Positions 1 to 11,000 of a DNA stretch of 64,000 bases are shown one piece after another. Source of the DNA: an uncultured Nitrososphaerota archaeon (GTDB lineage: Archaea; Thermoproteota; Nitrososphaeria; Nitrososphaerales; Gagatemarchaeaceae); NCBI GenBank assembly GCA_963838925.1, contig CAWISW010000003.1, forward strand, positions 160,001 to 224,000, written 5' to 3'. Position 1 is the stretch's first letter; the number at the start of each line of letters is the position of its first letter. The notes under the pieces are model-generated. The model searched no databases. It was not told the DNA's origin and saw nothing but the letters and a program-made list of their open reading frames with translations. Position numbers and translations under genes: made by a program.

Positions 1-1746
1 GGCACCCGCGTCGCCGACACCGGGAAGGTCGAGGCGCCCGTCGAGACCGTGAGGACCCCGCTGGTGAAGTCGTTCCCCTACAGCACGATGAGGCCGTACC
101 AGAGGGACGTCCTGGAGAAGATCGAGTCCGCTATGGGGGCGGGGAAGAAGTTCATCATACTCGAGGCCCCCGTCGGGTTCGGCAAGTCGGCCGTGGCGGC
201 AGCGGTGTGCCGCAACCTAAAGTCGGCCTACGTCCTCACCTCGACCAAGCAGCTCCAGGACCAGTATTCTTCCGACTTTGGGTTCAACATGGTCATGGGC
301 AAGTCGAACTTCACGTGCTACGTCCCGACCAGCACGGGGCACTCGGTCAATTGCAGCAGGGGGCGGTGCCAGGCAGACTGGTCGCTCTCGGACTGCCCGC
401 ACTACCTCTCCTTCGACCAGTACGAGGACCACCTCAAGGGGCTCTGCGACAAGGAGTCAAAGTGCGAGCAGGCCCTGAAGAAGGAGGCAGGCGGGAAGCT
501 GTGCACCTACTACAAGCAGAAGTGGGACTCGTTCAGGGAGAAGGTCACGGTAGGGAACTATGCGTTCTTCTTCAGCGAGCTGAGGTACACGGAGGATGTC
601 AGGAAGAGGAGGCTCCTCGTGTGCGACGAGGCCCACGACCTCGAGAGGCAGCTGGTCGGAGCCGCCTCCTTCACTTTCAAGGCCTCCTCGATACGCCAGT
701 ACCCCTCGGGCGAGGGAAACGAGTTCTCGATTACCTACGAGGAGGGGATGGACGGCCACGCGGAGGACTGGCTCAAGCCCCTCGGGGCCGCGAAGGAGTC
801 GCTGCAGGGCTTCATGGACGCCCACGACGGGAAGCTCGACTATCAGGACCGGCTCATATCCTGCAGGGGGATGCTCGAGTCGCTTGAGGAGTTCGTGGAC
901 GGGCTGAAGGCCGCCCCCGAGAACTGGGTCATAAGCGGGATCAGGAAGACGACTGCGATGGACGCATACGGGGGAGGCGCGACTATGGTCGACGAGGTGG
1001 TGTTCCAGCCCCTGGACGTGGCCGCGTACACCTCCCAGCTCTTCGGCACCGCGGAGACGGTGCTCCTGATGTCGGCGACTGTCTTCTCGGAGGAGCTCCT
1101 CTGCAGGACGCTGGGAATCTCGCTGGACAAGGCGCAGTTCGTCAAGGTCGGGGTGTCCACGTTCCCCGTCGAGAACAGGAGGATAGTCGCGATGGACATC
1201 GCCCAACTGAACCGGGCGTCGATGGACGCCTCGCTCGAGAGCATAGCGAAGGCGGTCGACGAGATAATGGACAGGCACGTGAGCGAGAGGGGCGTCATCC
1301 ACACCACCAACTACTCCCAGGTGAACTACATCCTGGAACACGTCTCTGAGCACAACAAGGCGCGGCTCGTGACGACGCAGGGGAGCACGGCCAGGTCGGC
1401 GCTCCTCCACACCCATGGCGCGACAGACGCCTCGGTGCTAATCTCTCCGAGCCTTTACCAGGGGGTCGACCTGAAGGACGACCTCTCGAGGTTCCAGGTC
1501 ATCGTGAAGGTCCCGTACTCCGACCTCTCGGACAGGAGGACGCTGGTGAAGATGAACAGGGAGAGGGGCTGGTACGACTGGCAAACGGCGCTGCGGCTGG
1601 TCCAGACCTACGGCCGGAGCGTGAGAAGCGAGACCGACAGCGCCGTCACGTATGTCCTCGACTCGAACTTTGGGAGTTTCGTGAGGGCGCACAAGGAATT
1701 GTTCCCGGCGTACTTCCTAGAGGCGATGTCTGAGACGGCTGCTTAG
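1..1746 (+). CDS. DinG/XPD(Rad3)-family ATP-dependent helicase (5'-partial; frame open from position 1)
   Basis: Q-motif MRPYQ, Walker A APVGFGKS, DEAH, SAT, QGVD and QTYGRSVRS motifs; Cys cluster for Fe-S. Confidence 0.85.
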   Translation, partial: GTRVADTGKVEAPVETVRTPLVKSFPYSTMRPYQRDVLEKIESAMGAGKKFIILEAPVGFGKSAVAAAVCRNLKSAYVLTSTKQLQDQYSSDFGFNMVMGKSNFTCYVPTSTGHSVNCSRGRCQADWSLSDCPHYLSFDQYEDHLKGLCDKESKCEQALKKEAGGKLCTYYKQKWDSFREKVTVGNYAFFFSELRYTEDVRKRRLLVCDEAHDLERQLVGAASFTFKASSIRQYPSGEGNEFSITYEEGMDGHAEDWLKPLGAAKESLQGFMDAHDGKLDYQDRLISCRGMLESLEEFVDGLKAAPENWVISGIRKTTAMDAYGGGATMVDEVVFQPLDVAAYTSQLFGTAETVLLMSATVFSEELLCRTLGISLDKAQFVKVGVSTFPVENRRIVAMDIAQLNRASMDASLESIAKAVDEIMDRHVSERGVIHTTNYSQVNYILEHVSEHNKARLVTTQGSTARSALLHTHGATDASVLISPSLYQGVDLKDDLSRFQVIVKVPYSDLSDRRTLVKMNRERGWYDWQTALRLVQTYGRSVRSETDSAVTYVLDSNFGSFVRAHKELFPAYFLEAMSETAA

Positions 1747-2096
1747 GCGAGCAGCTGGAGCTCGTCTCGTTGCTGGAAAGCCCTGGCGGGAGCCTGAACC
1801 TCGGGAGCGGGTTCCTCCATGGGCGCGGCGATGTCCTTCAGCACGACCGAGATGGCCGTCGCCTTTACTCCCTTGATGGTCCTGATCTTGTCCCTGAGGA
1901 TCTCCCTAAACTCCTGGCTGTCTGCTGCCGAAATCACAGCGACCACATCGAACTCTCCCGTAACCTCGAAGAGCGCCTCCAGGTTGTCGAGCTTGCTGAG
2001 GGCGCGCTCGACGGCGTCGAGGCCAGATGTCTCCGCAAATATCTGCACCATTGCCGTGAAGCGAGCCAACCTGATTCTCTCTCCGACGGCTCTCAA
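1743..2096 (-). CDS. Lrp/AsnC ligand-binding (RAM) domain protein
   Basis: LFEVTGEFDVVAVI...IKGVKAT pattern; true start probably internal (MVQIF). Confidence 0.75.
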   Translation of the reverse strand: MRAVGERIRLARFTAMVQIFAETSGLDAVERALSKLDNLEALFEVTGEFDVVAVISAADSQEFREILRDKIRTIKGVKATAISVVLKDIAAPMEEPAPEVQAPARAFQQRDELQLLA

Positions 2097-2201
2097 CCCA
2101 TGATATCGCGTATTACACTGGGCTATCGAAATTGTTTCTCTAGCAGGTCAGGAGCGTTACATCTCGCCGACCTGTGTTTCCGGTCGAGGGGGCTGTCCCA
2201 G

Positions 2202-3257
2202 TTATCTGATTCCCGTGTCAATGGAGACGCTGACGCTGGTGGACTGGCCCGCCACTATGACGAAGCTCTTCGGGAGCGCCGAGTTGCAGCCCATGTAGGT
2301 GCAGCTCGAAAGGTTGAGCGAGTAGGAGCCGGGGGCCAGGGAAGCCTGGACCACTCCCATCACCGCGCATCCGCTGGAGACCCAGCTGATCGGGAGCGTC
2401 GAGACCTGGCCTGAGGAGGAGTTCACCACCGCCTCTATCGAAGCGTAGGGCTGGGGCGCTGGCCCCATCGTCGCGTTTGCGTTGCAGACCGGCATGGTTG
2501 GTCCGATGCTGAAGCTGGCGCCCAGCGTCCCCGTGGTGTATGTCCCGGTGGCGGTCGTGGATGTGCTCGTGCCCGAGCCGATGGTAAAGTGGACCACCAC
2601 TACCGATCCCCACTCATCTCCCGCGGCAACGCTGTAGGTCCCGGGGCTCAGGGGAGTGGTCGACTCGGTGAGGTTGGCCCCCATCGCGTTCACCGTTGTG
2701 GCGGTAACGTTGCCCTGCATCAGAGTGGCGGTCGCGCCAGTTCCGCCCGGAAGGATCACGGCCAAGTCGCTCGAGGGCTGGAAGACATAGCCCGAGATGT
2801 ACCTGATCAGCATAGGGCACGGGACGACGGGCTGGACGCCAAGCGGGGTGGCCTGAGAGACGTTCCCGGCCGTGTACACCCCCCTGTAGACTGCTACCCC
2901 GAACGGATAGATCGTGGTCCCGCACGAGCCGAGCGAGAGGCCGCTAAGCGGCCACTCCGTCGACTTGGATACGTTGTTCGCGGTAGCTAGGGTGTTGAAC
3001 TCGCGCGCGACGATCTGGATCGTCACCTTCGCGCCCGACCCGCCGGTGGATGAAGCGTTCACGGAGAGCTGCAATTGGAGGTTCTCGAGGGAGTTGCCGC
3101 CAGTCCCTATGGATGTCGTCGATTGGGTGGTCGTGCTGGTCGAGGTGCTCGTCACGCTCGTGCTGCTGGTGGCGCCGGATTGCGTGCTGATGAGGAATGC
3201 AGCGGCGATTAGGACTATCACGACGGTTGCCAGGGGGACTGCGAGCTTAGAGTTCAT
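2202..3257 (-). CDS. Membrane-anchored/secreted Ser/Thr-rich protein
   Basis: N-terminal hydrophobic helix, S/T linkers, Cys-containing beta-rich domains. Confidence 0.7.
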   Translation of the reverse strand: MNSKLAVPLATVVIVLIAAAFLISTQSGATSSTSVTSTSTSTTTQSTTSIGTGGNSLENLQLQLSVNASSTGGSGAKVTIQIVAREFNTLATANNVSKSTEWPLSGLSLGSCGTTIYPFGVAVYRGVYTAGNVSQATPLGVQPVVPCPMLIRYISGYVFQPSSDLAVILPGGTGATATLMQGNVTATTVNAMGANLTESTTPLSPGTYSVAAGDEWGSVVVVHFTIGSGTSTSTTATGTYTTGTLGASFSIGPTMPVCNANATMGPAPQPYASIEAVVNSSSGQVSTLPISWVSSGCAVMGVVQASLAPGSYSLNLSSCTYMGCNSALPKSFVIVAGQSTSVSVSIDTGIR

Positions 3258-3366
3258 GTGACTTCGGCTTACCTATAGACTGCCGCGTATGTAATTCTAG
3301 ACACTAGAACGGCTGTTTTCCTCCTGGAAACGACCGTGAAACTATGGAAGTCGCACTGGAATTCGA

Positions 3367-4398
3367 CTATGATGTCTGAGCGGTCGGATATTGCTTCCAG
3401 AGCATCCTGAGGAATAGGACGAACGCGATGTCGGGGAGCAAGGACAACGGAAGCGGGATCTCCGAAATCACGCCTATCGCCGCTATGGGCACGACGAGGC
3501 CGAGGGAGAAGGCGATCAGGTTCCTCTCGTTGCCTCTCGAGCCGATGACCCGCAGGACGCCTAGCAGGAAGGCCCCCTGCAGCGCCACCACGATGCAAAA
3601 GTCGGCCGCCGATGGGACCTTCGCTCCCAGGCCAAGGAACTCCGCGAAGAGCACCGAGGTGTAGAACGATGCGCCGATTGCCACCATCGCTCGCGGACCG
3701 AGTCTTGGCAGGTCGCTTGTCGGGTGAATGACACCCGCGGGGACGCGGCGCGCGGCAAGGACGAGGAGGGCCATTGCGACCATGCTCCCCACGAAGACAG
3801 GCCAGCCCATCCAGAATCCGTCGACCCTCGACACGAGCAAGAACAGGAATGTGACGTCGACTCCTAGCACCGCGGCTGCGACGCGGAGGCCGCGCCGAGA
3901 GAGGAGGCTCTCCCCGTTGGTCCTCGGGACCGCCAGGCCCAGGAGCATGATGGGTAGCGAGATGCTGAAGACCATGTGGACGGGGAGGATCCCCGCGACC
4001 CACGCCCAGTTCACCCCGGCCCAGTGGGCGTAGGCGCCGAGCTTGCCGACGGGGTTAGCGACGGGGTTGAAGAGCGTGCTGAGGGCGATCCCCTCCTCCA
4101 GGATGCCGTAGGCGGCCCCGAGCAGGAGGACCAACGCCCACCCCTTCTTCCACCGGACCATTGCCTCGCGCACCAGCAGCACCCCCGGGCCGTAAAGGCC
4201 TAGGTTGGCCGCGACCTGGAAGAGGAACATCGGCGGGTTCAGGACGAGGGCGCTTGTGGGGCTGGAACCGGAGATGTACTCGGGGATGCCGGGCGAGAGC
4301 AGGAGGAGGCAGACGACGGGGTGCCTCTGAAGGAAGGCGAGCACCCCGCGCGCAGAATCCAGGCTCGTCAAGAATGACTCGAAGTCTTCTGCACTCAC
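3367..4398 (-). CDS. Multi-pass membrane protein, possibly of the CPBP/PrsW-like intramembrane protease clan
   Basis: Many hydrophobic segments; YGILEEG and downstream H motif (VHMVFS). Confidence 0.6.
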   Translation of the reverse strand: MSAEDFESFLTSLDSARGVLAFLQRHPVVCLLLLSPGIPEYISGSSPTSALVLNPPMFLFQVAANLGLYGPGVLLVREAMVRWKKGWALVLLLGAAYGILEEGIALSTLFNPVANPVGKLGAYAHWAGVNWAWVAGILPVHMVFSISLPIMLLGLAVPRTNGESLLSRRGLRVAAAVLGVDVTFLFLLVSRVDGFWMGWPVFVGSMVAMALLVLAARRVPAGVIHPTSDLPRLGPRAMVAIGASFYTSVLFAEFLGLGAKVPSAADFCIVVALQGAFLLGVLRVIGSRGNERNLIAFSLGLVVPIAAIGVISEIPLPLSLLPDIAFVLFLRMLWKQYPTAQTS

Positions 4399-4471
4399 TA
4401 TCTAGATAAATTACCAAAGGTCGCGGCGCAGAAAGCTGAAGATTGAAAAAAGGTTGGGAGCGAGGTTTCGT

Positions 4472-4597
4472 TTACCCCGCGCCCGCGCCACCGGCAATGT
4501 CCGCAAGGGGCGACAAGTGAATTCCAAATGCCGCCGCCACAGCTGCTGCGCCCGCTAATGCCATGCTTCCGTACCTGATCTTCTGATCGAGGGTCAT
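4472..4597 (-). CDS. Unannotated 41-aa small peptide MTLDQKIRYGSMALAGAAAVAAAFGIHLSPLADIAGGAGAG
   Basis: ATG ~25 nt downstream of TATA-like TTTTATGTAA (minus strand, ~4622-4631); T-run terminator ~4446-4451; signal-peptide-like composition. Confidence 0.55.
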   Translation of the reverse strand: MTLDQKIRYGSMALAGAAAVAAAFGIHLSPLADIAGGAGAG

Positions 4598-4716
4598 GCG
4601 AGGCTCTAGTATGTCGTGATTTACATAAAAGCTTGAAATTAGTCAAATTATTTTCATGCAAATTCTCGTTCTTGGAGGCTGTAAGAGGAACCGAACTTCC
4701 GAGCCGAGCCTGATTT

Positions 4717-4965
4717 CTATAGATTGAGAAATTGGTGAAGCTCATCCTTGGCAAGCTCCGCGAGACTGGCGTAAGATCTGCTGGAAGCGGTCTGCGACGC
4801 TAATCTTTCTTGCAAGTTCTTGTCCAGTATTAGGAGGAACTTTGGAAGCGTTAGCTTTTCGTGTAATAACTTGTAGTTTAGTGCCTGTTCCCATGGACCG
4901 GTGAACTGAAACTCCGATTCATCATCAAACCGAAGCTTGTGTCTCCCAACTAGTCTAAGCAACAT
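4717..4965 (-). CDS. Small protein with ribbon-helix-helix-like C-terminal half
   Basis: PKFLLILDKNLQERL...YASLAELAKDELHQFL resembles CopG/RHH; start uncertain. Confidence 0.4.
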   Translation of the reverse strand: MLLRLVGRHKLRFDDESEFQFTGPWEQALNYKLLHEKLTLPKFLLILDKNLQERLASQTASSRSYASLAELAKDELHQFLNL

Positions 4966-4995
4966 CTCGGACGCTCCCTTTGAGTTTGATGGTCA

Positions 4996-5169
4996 TCACT
5001 TTGCTTTCTTTTCCTTGAATGAGGCGGCGTGGCCGATTGCCGATCGCGTGATCTTCCTGATCTCAATCTCCAGCAAATCCCCCTTCTCGATTGCCAGAAC
5101 TTCGCGCAAGTCCTTCGGAATGGCCAATCGCCCCAGTGCCTGAACCTTTCCAGTGAAGGTTATTCCCAA
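4996..5169 (-). CDS. AbrB/MazE/SpoVT-family DNA-binding protein (57 aa, not in ORF track)
   Basis: Translated by hand: MGITFTGKVQALGRLAIPKDLREVLAIEKGDLLEIEIRK..., classic AbrB motif; TTG start. Confidence 0.75.
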   Translation of the reverse strand: MGITFTGKVQALGRLAIPKDLREVLAIEKGDLLEIEIRKITRSAIGHAASFKEKKAK

Positions 5170-5260
5170 TCCAGGCGTAATAGAACAGGACAGTATTTAA
5201 GCATCTCTGCTATATGGATACTGTTTAGCATATAACAAATCTTTAGATCGTAACAGCAAA

Positions 5261-5524
5261 TTGTTTTTGAAGATCTTGCCGCTCAATGAGTTCGAGTCAA
5301 GAGTGCTTCTAGCTCTGCGAGACAAGGCGTTACCCATCATGTCTCTACCAACAATATCAGGGATGAGTGGAAGTGCGGTCTACAATGCAGTGAGAATGCT
5401 CCTCGAGAAAGGTCTAGTGTCCGAGGAGCGCGAAGCGAAATTGCCCCGACGACGTTTCATTTTACTAACCGCCAGCGGAAGGAAGATAGCCGGATTGCTA
5501 AGTCAGATTGAACAAGAGTTGTAG
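5261..5524 (+). CDS. Winged-helix (MarR-like) transcriptional regulator
   Basis: SAVYNAVRMLLEKGLV...RRFILLTASGRKIA. Confidence 0.75.
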   Translation: MFLKILPLNEFESRVLLALRDKALPIMSLPTISGMSGSAVYNAVRMLLEKGLVSEEREAKLPRRRFILLTASGRKIAGLLSQIEQEL

Positions 5525-5578
5525 TTTCGGAAACGTTCAATAGTATCAAGAATACTACTACGATCTGCAAGGAATTCG

Positions 5579-6079
5579 TTGAAGCTAAAAACTTGGTCTT
5601 ACAGATTCGCAGAAGAGGTCATCAATAGTAAGCTAAGTCTCAAGAAGGAAATAGAAGAAACCCTAACTGACAAGTCAATTGATTCCGCGACGCTTACGCG
5701 ACCAGGCTTCAATTCGGCACTTCGTCAGAGGTTCGTGAGTAAAGGATGGAAGGACCAACCATCGGTGTTCGATCTTCCAGATGATCCCGAAGCAAAGATG
5801 GACTTCTTGAAGGACAGAGTTGGAATTGAGGTATGTTTTGGGCACGCTTCTTTCATAGGAATTGACCTCCTGAAATTTCAAGTTGCTTCCTATTCGGGGC
5901 TTGACAAGATCGACCTCGGAGTCTACATAGTTACAACTCGCGAATTTCAGAACCATCTGAGAAAACAATACAGTCTGAATTGGGAGGGATCATTGAATTA
6001 CGAAAAAGTGTGTAAGTATCTACCCCATTTCAAGAGCGCAATTCAGGTACCAATCTGGGTTGTAGGTCTAGAGGCATGA
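5579..6079 (+). CDS. BglII/BstYI-family restriction endonuclease-like protein
   Basis: MDFLKDRVGIEVCFG, DLLKF, IDLGVYIV, PIWVVGL motifs. Confidence 0.75.
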   Translation: MKLKTWSYRFAEEVINSKLSLKKEIEETLTDKSIDSATLTRPGFNSALRQRFVSKGWKDQPSVFDLPDDPEAKMDFLKDRVGIEVCFGHASFIGIDLLKFQVASYSGLDKIDLGVYIVTTREFQNHLRKQYSLNWEGSLNYEKVCKYLPHFKSAIQVPIWVVGLEA

Positions 6080-6080
6080 T

Positions 6081-6929
6081 GTGATGGCCGAGCTAATTTT
6101 CGGCGATATATCTGGCGTTTCAGTGGGCAAGATCTTTCCGAACCGAATGTCCCTGTTCAAGGCCGGCGTTCACAAGTCCATCCAAGGCGGAATTTCGGGC
6201 AGACAAGAAGAGGGAGCCGACTCGATTGTAATCTCGGGCGGCTATGAAGATGACGAAGACAATGGAGACGTAATCATCTATACAGGTCATGGTGGAAGAG
6301 ACACTAAGACTGGAAAGCAAGCAGCAGATCAGAGACTGACTCGACAGAATCTAGCTCTTGCAAGGAGCAGAACTCAAGATCTCCCTGTCAGAGTAATTCG
6401 CAAGACATCTATGGGTTTTAGATACGACGGATTGTACAATGTAGAGGATGTGTGGCAGGAAAAAGGAAAGTCCGGATTTATCGTTTATCGGTTCAAGCTC
6501 GTTTCTCAACGTGTTCTCGCCAATGTATTGATGGCGACTGAACTTTCGGTTAAGGTTCCGCCTCGCCGAACCACTACGATATCTCGTATAGTTAGAGACT
6601 CGGAAGCCTCTCGAGGAGTGAAACGCATGTATGATTTCAAATGCCAGGTGTGCAATGTGGTATTGCCCGTTCCGGGAGGATTCTACGCAGAGGGAGCTCA
6701 CGTGAAACCTTTAGGAGTTCCACACAATGGTTCAGACTCGACAGACAATATTCTTTGTTTGTGTCCAAATCATCATGCATTGCTTGATTATGGTGCGTTT
6801 TCGGTATCTGACGACTTCAAACTAATAGGGATAGACGGGAACCTAATCATGAGGCGGCATCATACCATCAACTCGGATAATCTTCAGTATCATCGCAAAC
6901 ACATCCTGCAAATAGGTGATGGGCGTTGA
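6081..6929 (+). CDS. SRA-YDG + HNH modification-dependent (type IV) endonuclease
   Basis: SIVISGGYEDDEDNGDVIIYTGHGG, RYDGLY; CQVC...GAHVKP...NILCLCPNHH. Confidence 0.9.
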   Translation: MMAELIFGDISGVSVGKIFPNRMSLFKAGVHKSIQGGISGRQEEGADSIVISGGYEDDEDNGDVIIYTGHGGRDTKTGKQAADQRLTRQNLALARSRTQDLPVRVIRKTSMGFRYDGLYNVEDVWQEKGKSGFIVYRFKLVSQRVLANVLMATELSVKVPPRRTTTISRIVRDSEASRGVKRMYDFKCQVCNVVLPVPGGFYAEGAHVKPLGVPHNGSDSTDNILCLCPNHHALLDYGAFSVSDDFKLIGIDGNLIMRRHHTINSDNLQYHRKHILQIGDGR

Positions 6930-7210
6930 TGAAATACATGGCTGATGAGATGCTTGAAGATTTGCCTGAAGTACTGAAGAAGGCGGGAATTGACTGTCGA
7001 ACCAATTATGAATGGATTGACGGAACTAGATCGAAGAAACGAGTGATAGGCGACCACGAAGTTCGAAGGTTCATTGCAGGGCGTCGGGACCAAGGAGAGG
7101 AGATTACGCTGATAACAAAAGATTACGAGTCTTGGAAGCAAATTGAAGCTGATGGCTTGCCGGTGATCTACGTTCCGAACCTCGTTCGGGATCATATCCT
7201 AGGAAAGTAA
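6926..7210 (+). CDS. PIN-like (DUF5615/Mut7-C) small protein
   Basis: KYMADEML, GDHEV, LITKD acidic motifs. Confidence 0.65.
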   Translation: MMKYMADEMLEDLPEVLKKAGIDCRTNYEWIDGTRSKKRVIGDHEVRRFIAGRRDQGEEITLITKDYESWKQIEADGLPVIYVPNLVRDHILGK

Positions 7211-7260
7211 TTCTGATGCAATTCAAATCTATCACAGAACTCCCAACAAGTGATGCTTGA

Positions 7261-8016
7261 TTGACTGATAACGCAGTCTTTCTAAGGCATCCCAAGGGTT
7301 TTTGGGATTCGAAAGTACGAAAGTACTACGTAGACAAACGACTCGGGGGAAGCGCCCTGATGGCAAGGATTCAAACAAGAATTGACGCCAAATTGGATGA
7401 GATTTACTCAGAAAAGGACAAACTGGCAGACGCAGAATTTTGGGAAAGTGCGCAGGCGGAGAAATGGAACAACATTCTAATGGACTTTGGAGAGTCATGT
7501 TCGAGTTGGTACCTCGAGACCGATAAGAAGGTGGTCTTCGTCGTGGTGAGATGGGCGATCTTTCCTCTAAAGGTTCTGACAGGCATTGATTTGGTGGGTT
7601 ACTGTGTAGAAACTAAGACTGCTTACGTTGCGGAATCGAAATGTACGGGTTGGAAAAATGTTTCCAAGCCATTAACTGATATGACAGAACAGCTGTCGTA
7701 TGAGAAGCTCGAACTTCAGCTAAACGATCCTCTTAGCGGGTATGGATCATTTGGTTGGCTGGCAGGAGCGCTGTTGGAAGCGGGACGAATTTCGGAGGAA
7801 GACGTTAGCAACATAACAGATAGACCCAACCTGATTCGATGCGGGTTTCTATTTCATCCTAGAAGAGAAACGCCCGTTCAATACGACGAAGCTATTTCGA
7901 AATTGGTCTTGGACTCCCTTCCGATAGAGTTCACAGACAATGACTTGGAGGATTTCAACTCTGAAATCGCATCATTTGTTGATGCTTTGAAATCTCTTGG
8001 CTCAAGAGTGAGCTAG
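7261..8016 (+). CDS. hamA: Hachiman HamA-like PD-(D/E)XK protein
   Basis: DFGE, GIDLVG, VAESKC motifs; abuts a Ski2-like helicase. Confidence 0.6.
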   Translation: MTDNAVFLRHPKGFWDSKVRKYYVDKRLGGSALMARIQTRIDAKLDEIYSEKDKLADAEFWESAQAEKWNNILMDFGESCSSWYLETDKKVVFVVVRWAIFPLKVLTGIDLVGYCVETKTAYVAESKCTGWKNVSKPLTDMTEQLSYEKLELQLNDPLSGYGSFGWLAGALLEAGRISEEDVSNITDRPNLIRCGFLFHPRRETPVQYDEAISKLVLDSLPIEFTDNDLEDFNSEIASFVDALKSLGSRVS

Positions 8017-11000
8017 ATGAGCGGTCGGCTTATCGATCCATTAATCGAATACTCACAATTTACCCGCCGAGAAGAGGTTCAGAACCTTGACAACGCGTTT
8101 CGCAAGTATCGAAATCAAGCCAAAGAAAGAACCCTCGCGTACTTCACTGGCGAACTCGAGAATAACAGGAGACAGGCACTAGAAATCTCGAACCAAATGA
8201 CAAGGGAAGCGGTGAGACTTTCGATAATTGGCGACCTTGTGCGAAAAAATAGTCTCGTAGAATCACCCGAAGGGAGAAGATGGTACGAATATCATCTGAT
8301 TGCAGCCAGAAACTATCAGAAAGTATTCGAATTATCTAGCAGGGAAAATGCCTTTGCGAAAGATGAGGCTCTCTACATTTTCCTTCTAATGTCTTCCGCA
8401 GAATTCCACAATGCAATGCAACATTCGAGCGCGTTCTCCCTTTGTCAAGAGGCCAAAGTGATGATAAAGAGTCTGCTCAAGGAGAAACGTGATTGGTTCG
8501 AGGAAAATTTGTATAGATTTCACTTATTGTTACTAGACTTCTTTTCTGACGATTACGGCCAACTGAGTGAAAGAATCAAGCTGTACCAAGCAGATTTGGA
8601 TGCGAAGCTTGATGGCCAAATGGAATTGTCCATCTATGACTTGCTCGACCTTCAATGTTTGATTTCGATCACGACTTGCATGGCAGATTTTTCGAGTTAC
8701 GTTACAAAAGGAGAGAGAGATGCGCTGGAAAAGTGTAAGGCGGGTCTTGAATTCTGCAGGGAAGCTTGTGATCGCAGCGGACGGCCAGATTTTCGATATG
8801 CTGTTGACAAATTGACATCATCGATTCAAACATCATCAGTGCTATCAGTATGGAACATTGGAAGTCAATCCGGATCTAATCTTTCAAACGCTGATGGATT
8901 GAACGAATTCATTCATTCAAAAGTCAAGAACAACATGTATTTTCTGTTTCCTTCTCAATATGAAGCCCTTGGTCATGGCTTCCTAGACTCGGATGCAAAA
9001 CGGGTCCTTCTATCGACACCGACGGGCGCAGGAAAGACGTTCTTGGCTGAGCTCACGCTGCTTCAGGAGATTCTCAAGGATTGGTCGGACGACTCAATTG
9101 CGATATACATGGTACCATCGCGAGCTTTGGCCCGAGAAAAATTCGAGGACTTGCGAAGAACTTTCAGCGGCTTGCCAACATTCAACAAAAGAGTTTGTCA
9201 AGTTACCGGTGAAATACTTCTCGATGCGAAGCGGGCCATGGAGGAAAACGACATCTTGGTAGTTACGCCTGAAAAATTTGATATGCTGATGCGTAACCGG
9301 TTCTACGGAAATAATGTAAAATGCCTGATCATTGATGAATTTCACAACATGCGATCTGGATATAGGGGAATCAGAATTGAGTTCGATCTCATTAGATTTC
9401 TGGAATTGTTCCCTAAGTCGAAAACCGTTCTAATCTCTGCAATAGTTTCGAATTTTGATGACGTCAAAAAATGGTTTGTTGCGGATAAGGACTTTGAGAC
9501 TACATGGAGGCCTACCTTCGCAAGAATTGGGATCTTCGATGCTAGAGCCAATCGTATCATCAGATTCACTGACGGCGCATCGTACGACGTATCTCTCCCC
9601 ATCGGAATGAGAAATAATGCCCATCAAAAACAAGCAGCCTATCTGGCTAAGTCATTTGCATCTGAAGGAGCTACTATGATCTTTTGCAGTAATAAATTTG
9701 CTGTCGACTATTGCGCCAGGAAGATACTCGAACTTGCGGATGGCGATATCAGGTTCAACTCTGACATGAATGTCCAATACGCCACTAAACTGTCGAGAGT
9801 TATTGGTGAAAAGGAAGAGATCTACGAATTTTTTAGGGCGGGAATAGGCGTTCATCGGGGGGATCTCCCTCATATTATCAGAAGAATAATGGAAGATGCG
9901 GTAAGAAGCAACGCGATAAACTTGCTTGTTAGCACAACCACTCTAGTTGAAGGAGTTAATCTCCCTTTGAGGACAATCATCATTCCGATTCCCGAAGTGG
10001 GTGGCGAGCCGCTTCCAATCGGTCTATTTTTCAACATTCTTGGGAGAGCAGGTCGACCCGGCAAGGAAATAGAAGGTCAAGTAATATTTGTTGCCAGCAG
10101 AGGGAAAAAGGCGCATACAACAGAAGATCTAGAGCGATACGAAACTGCAACTAGAAAGGATATTGAGAGAATCGTGACTCCCCTAGTTCGAATAATAGAA
10201 CTGAAAGACAAACTTGAGAATCCGGGCGAGGTGAAGATGAAACAACGTCACGAACGGGAACTTGGGATGCATGAGGCCGTTCTCGATACAATGTTGTTGT
10301 CTGCACTGGTTGAAAAACTGGTTCAGGCCATCTCGGGAGATTCCCTTCTCAACAGAATCGTTGTTGAAGGCTCGGTTAACCTAACCCCAGGTAGTAGAAG
10401 AGCGCTATTGAAGATACTGGAGGATTCGGAAGCAAGACTCTTGGATTCAAAGTCTGTCTTGAAAGATAGCAACAAACTAACAATAACAGGATTTGGAAAG
10501 ATGGCATACAAGACTGGATTCTCTCCGTCAACTTGCCGAGATCTATTTGAAAAAATGAGCGAAGTAATCAATGCGATGGATCAAACTAACATGAAGGGAA
10601 GAATCACAAATAATAGTACTGTGCTCTATTCAATTCTCAGGCATCTGGAAGGTTTGGTGGAAGCTGGCGCCTATTTCTCGGATGGAGTTCCAGTAGAGTA
10701 TGTTAGTATTCTTTCAGATTGGATAAAAGGTGTTTCGTCGTCAAGACTGGCTGAAGTTTACTTTAGGAACAGCAAAAACAAGATGACTGAGACCTTGCTA
10801 CAAGTTGACGGTCTCTTGTCAGGATTCTCTGCATGGTACACATATGCATTGAGCCTAATTATGGAGTTCTTCTTGGAAGAGAAAGGAGTTCCTGGCTCGA
10901 AATACATCAATTATATCAGAAATCTGCCGCGATATTGTTTCTATGGCTCGTATGATCGATTAGTGCTTTATATTCTACAAAGAGACACATCCAAAGAACT

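Noticed and set aside
4400-4620. 5S rRNA or other structured RNA at the distal end of the array
   Set aside because: No 5S consensus motifs; the region is better explained by a small ORF. 5S is commonly unlinked in this lineage.
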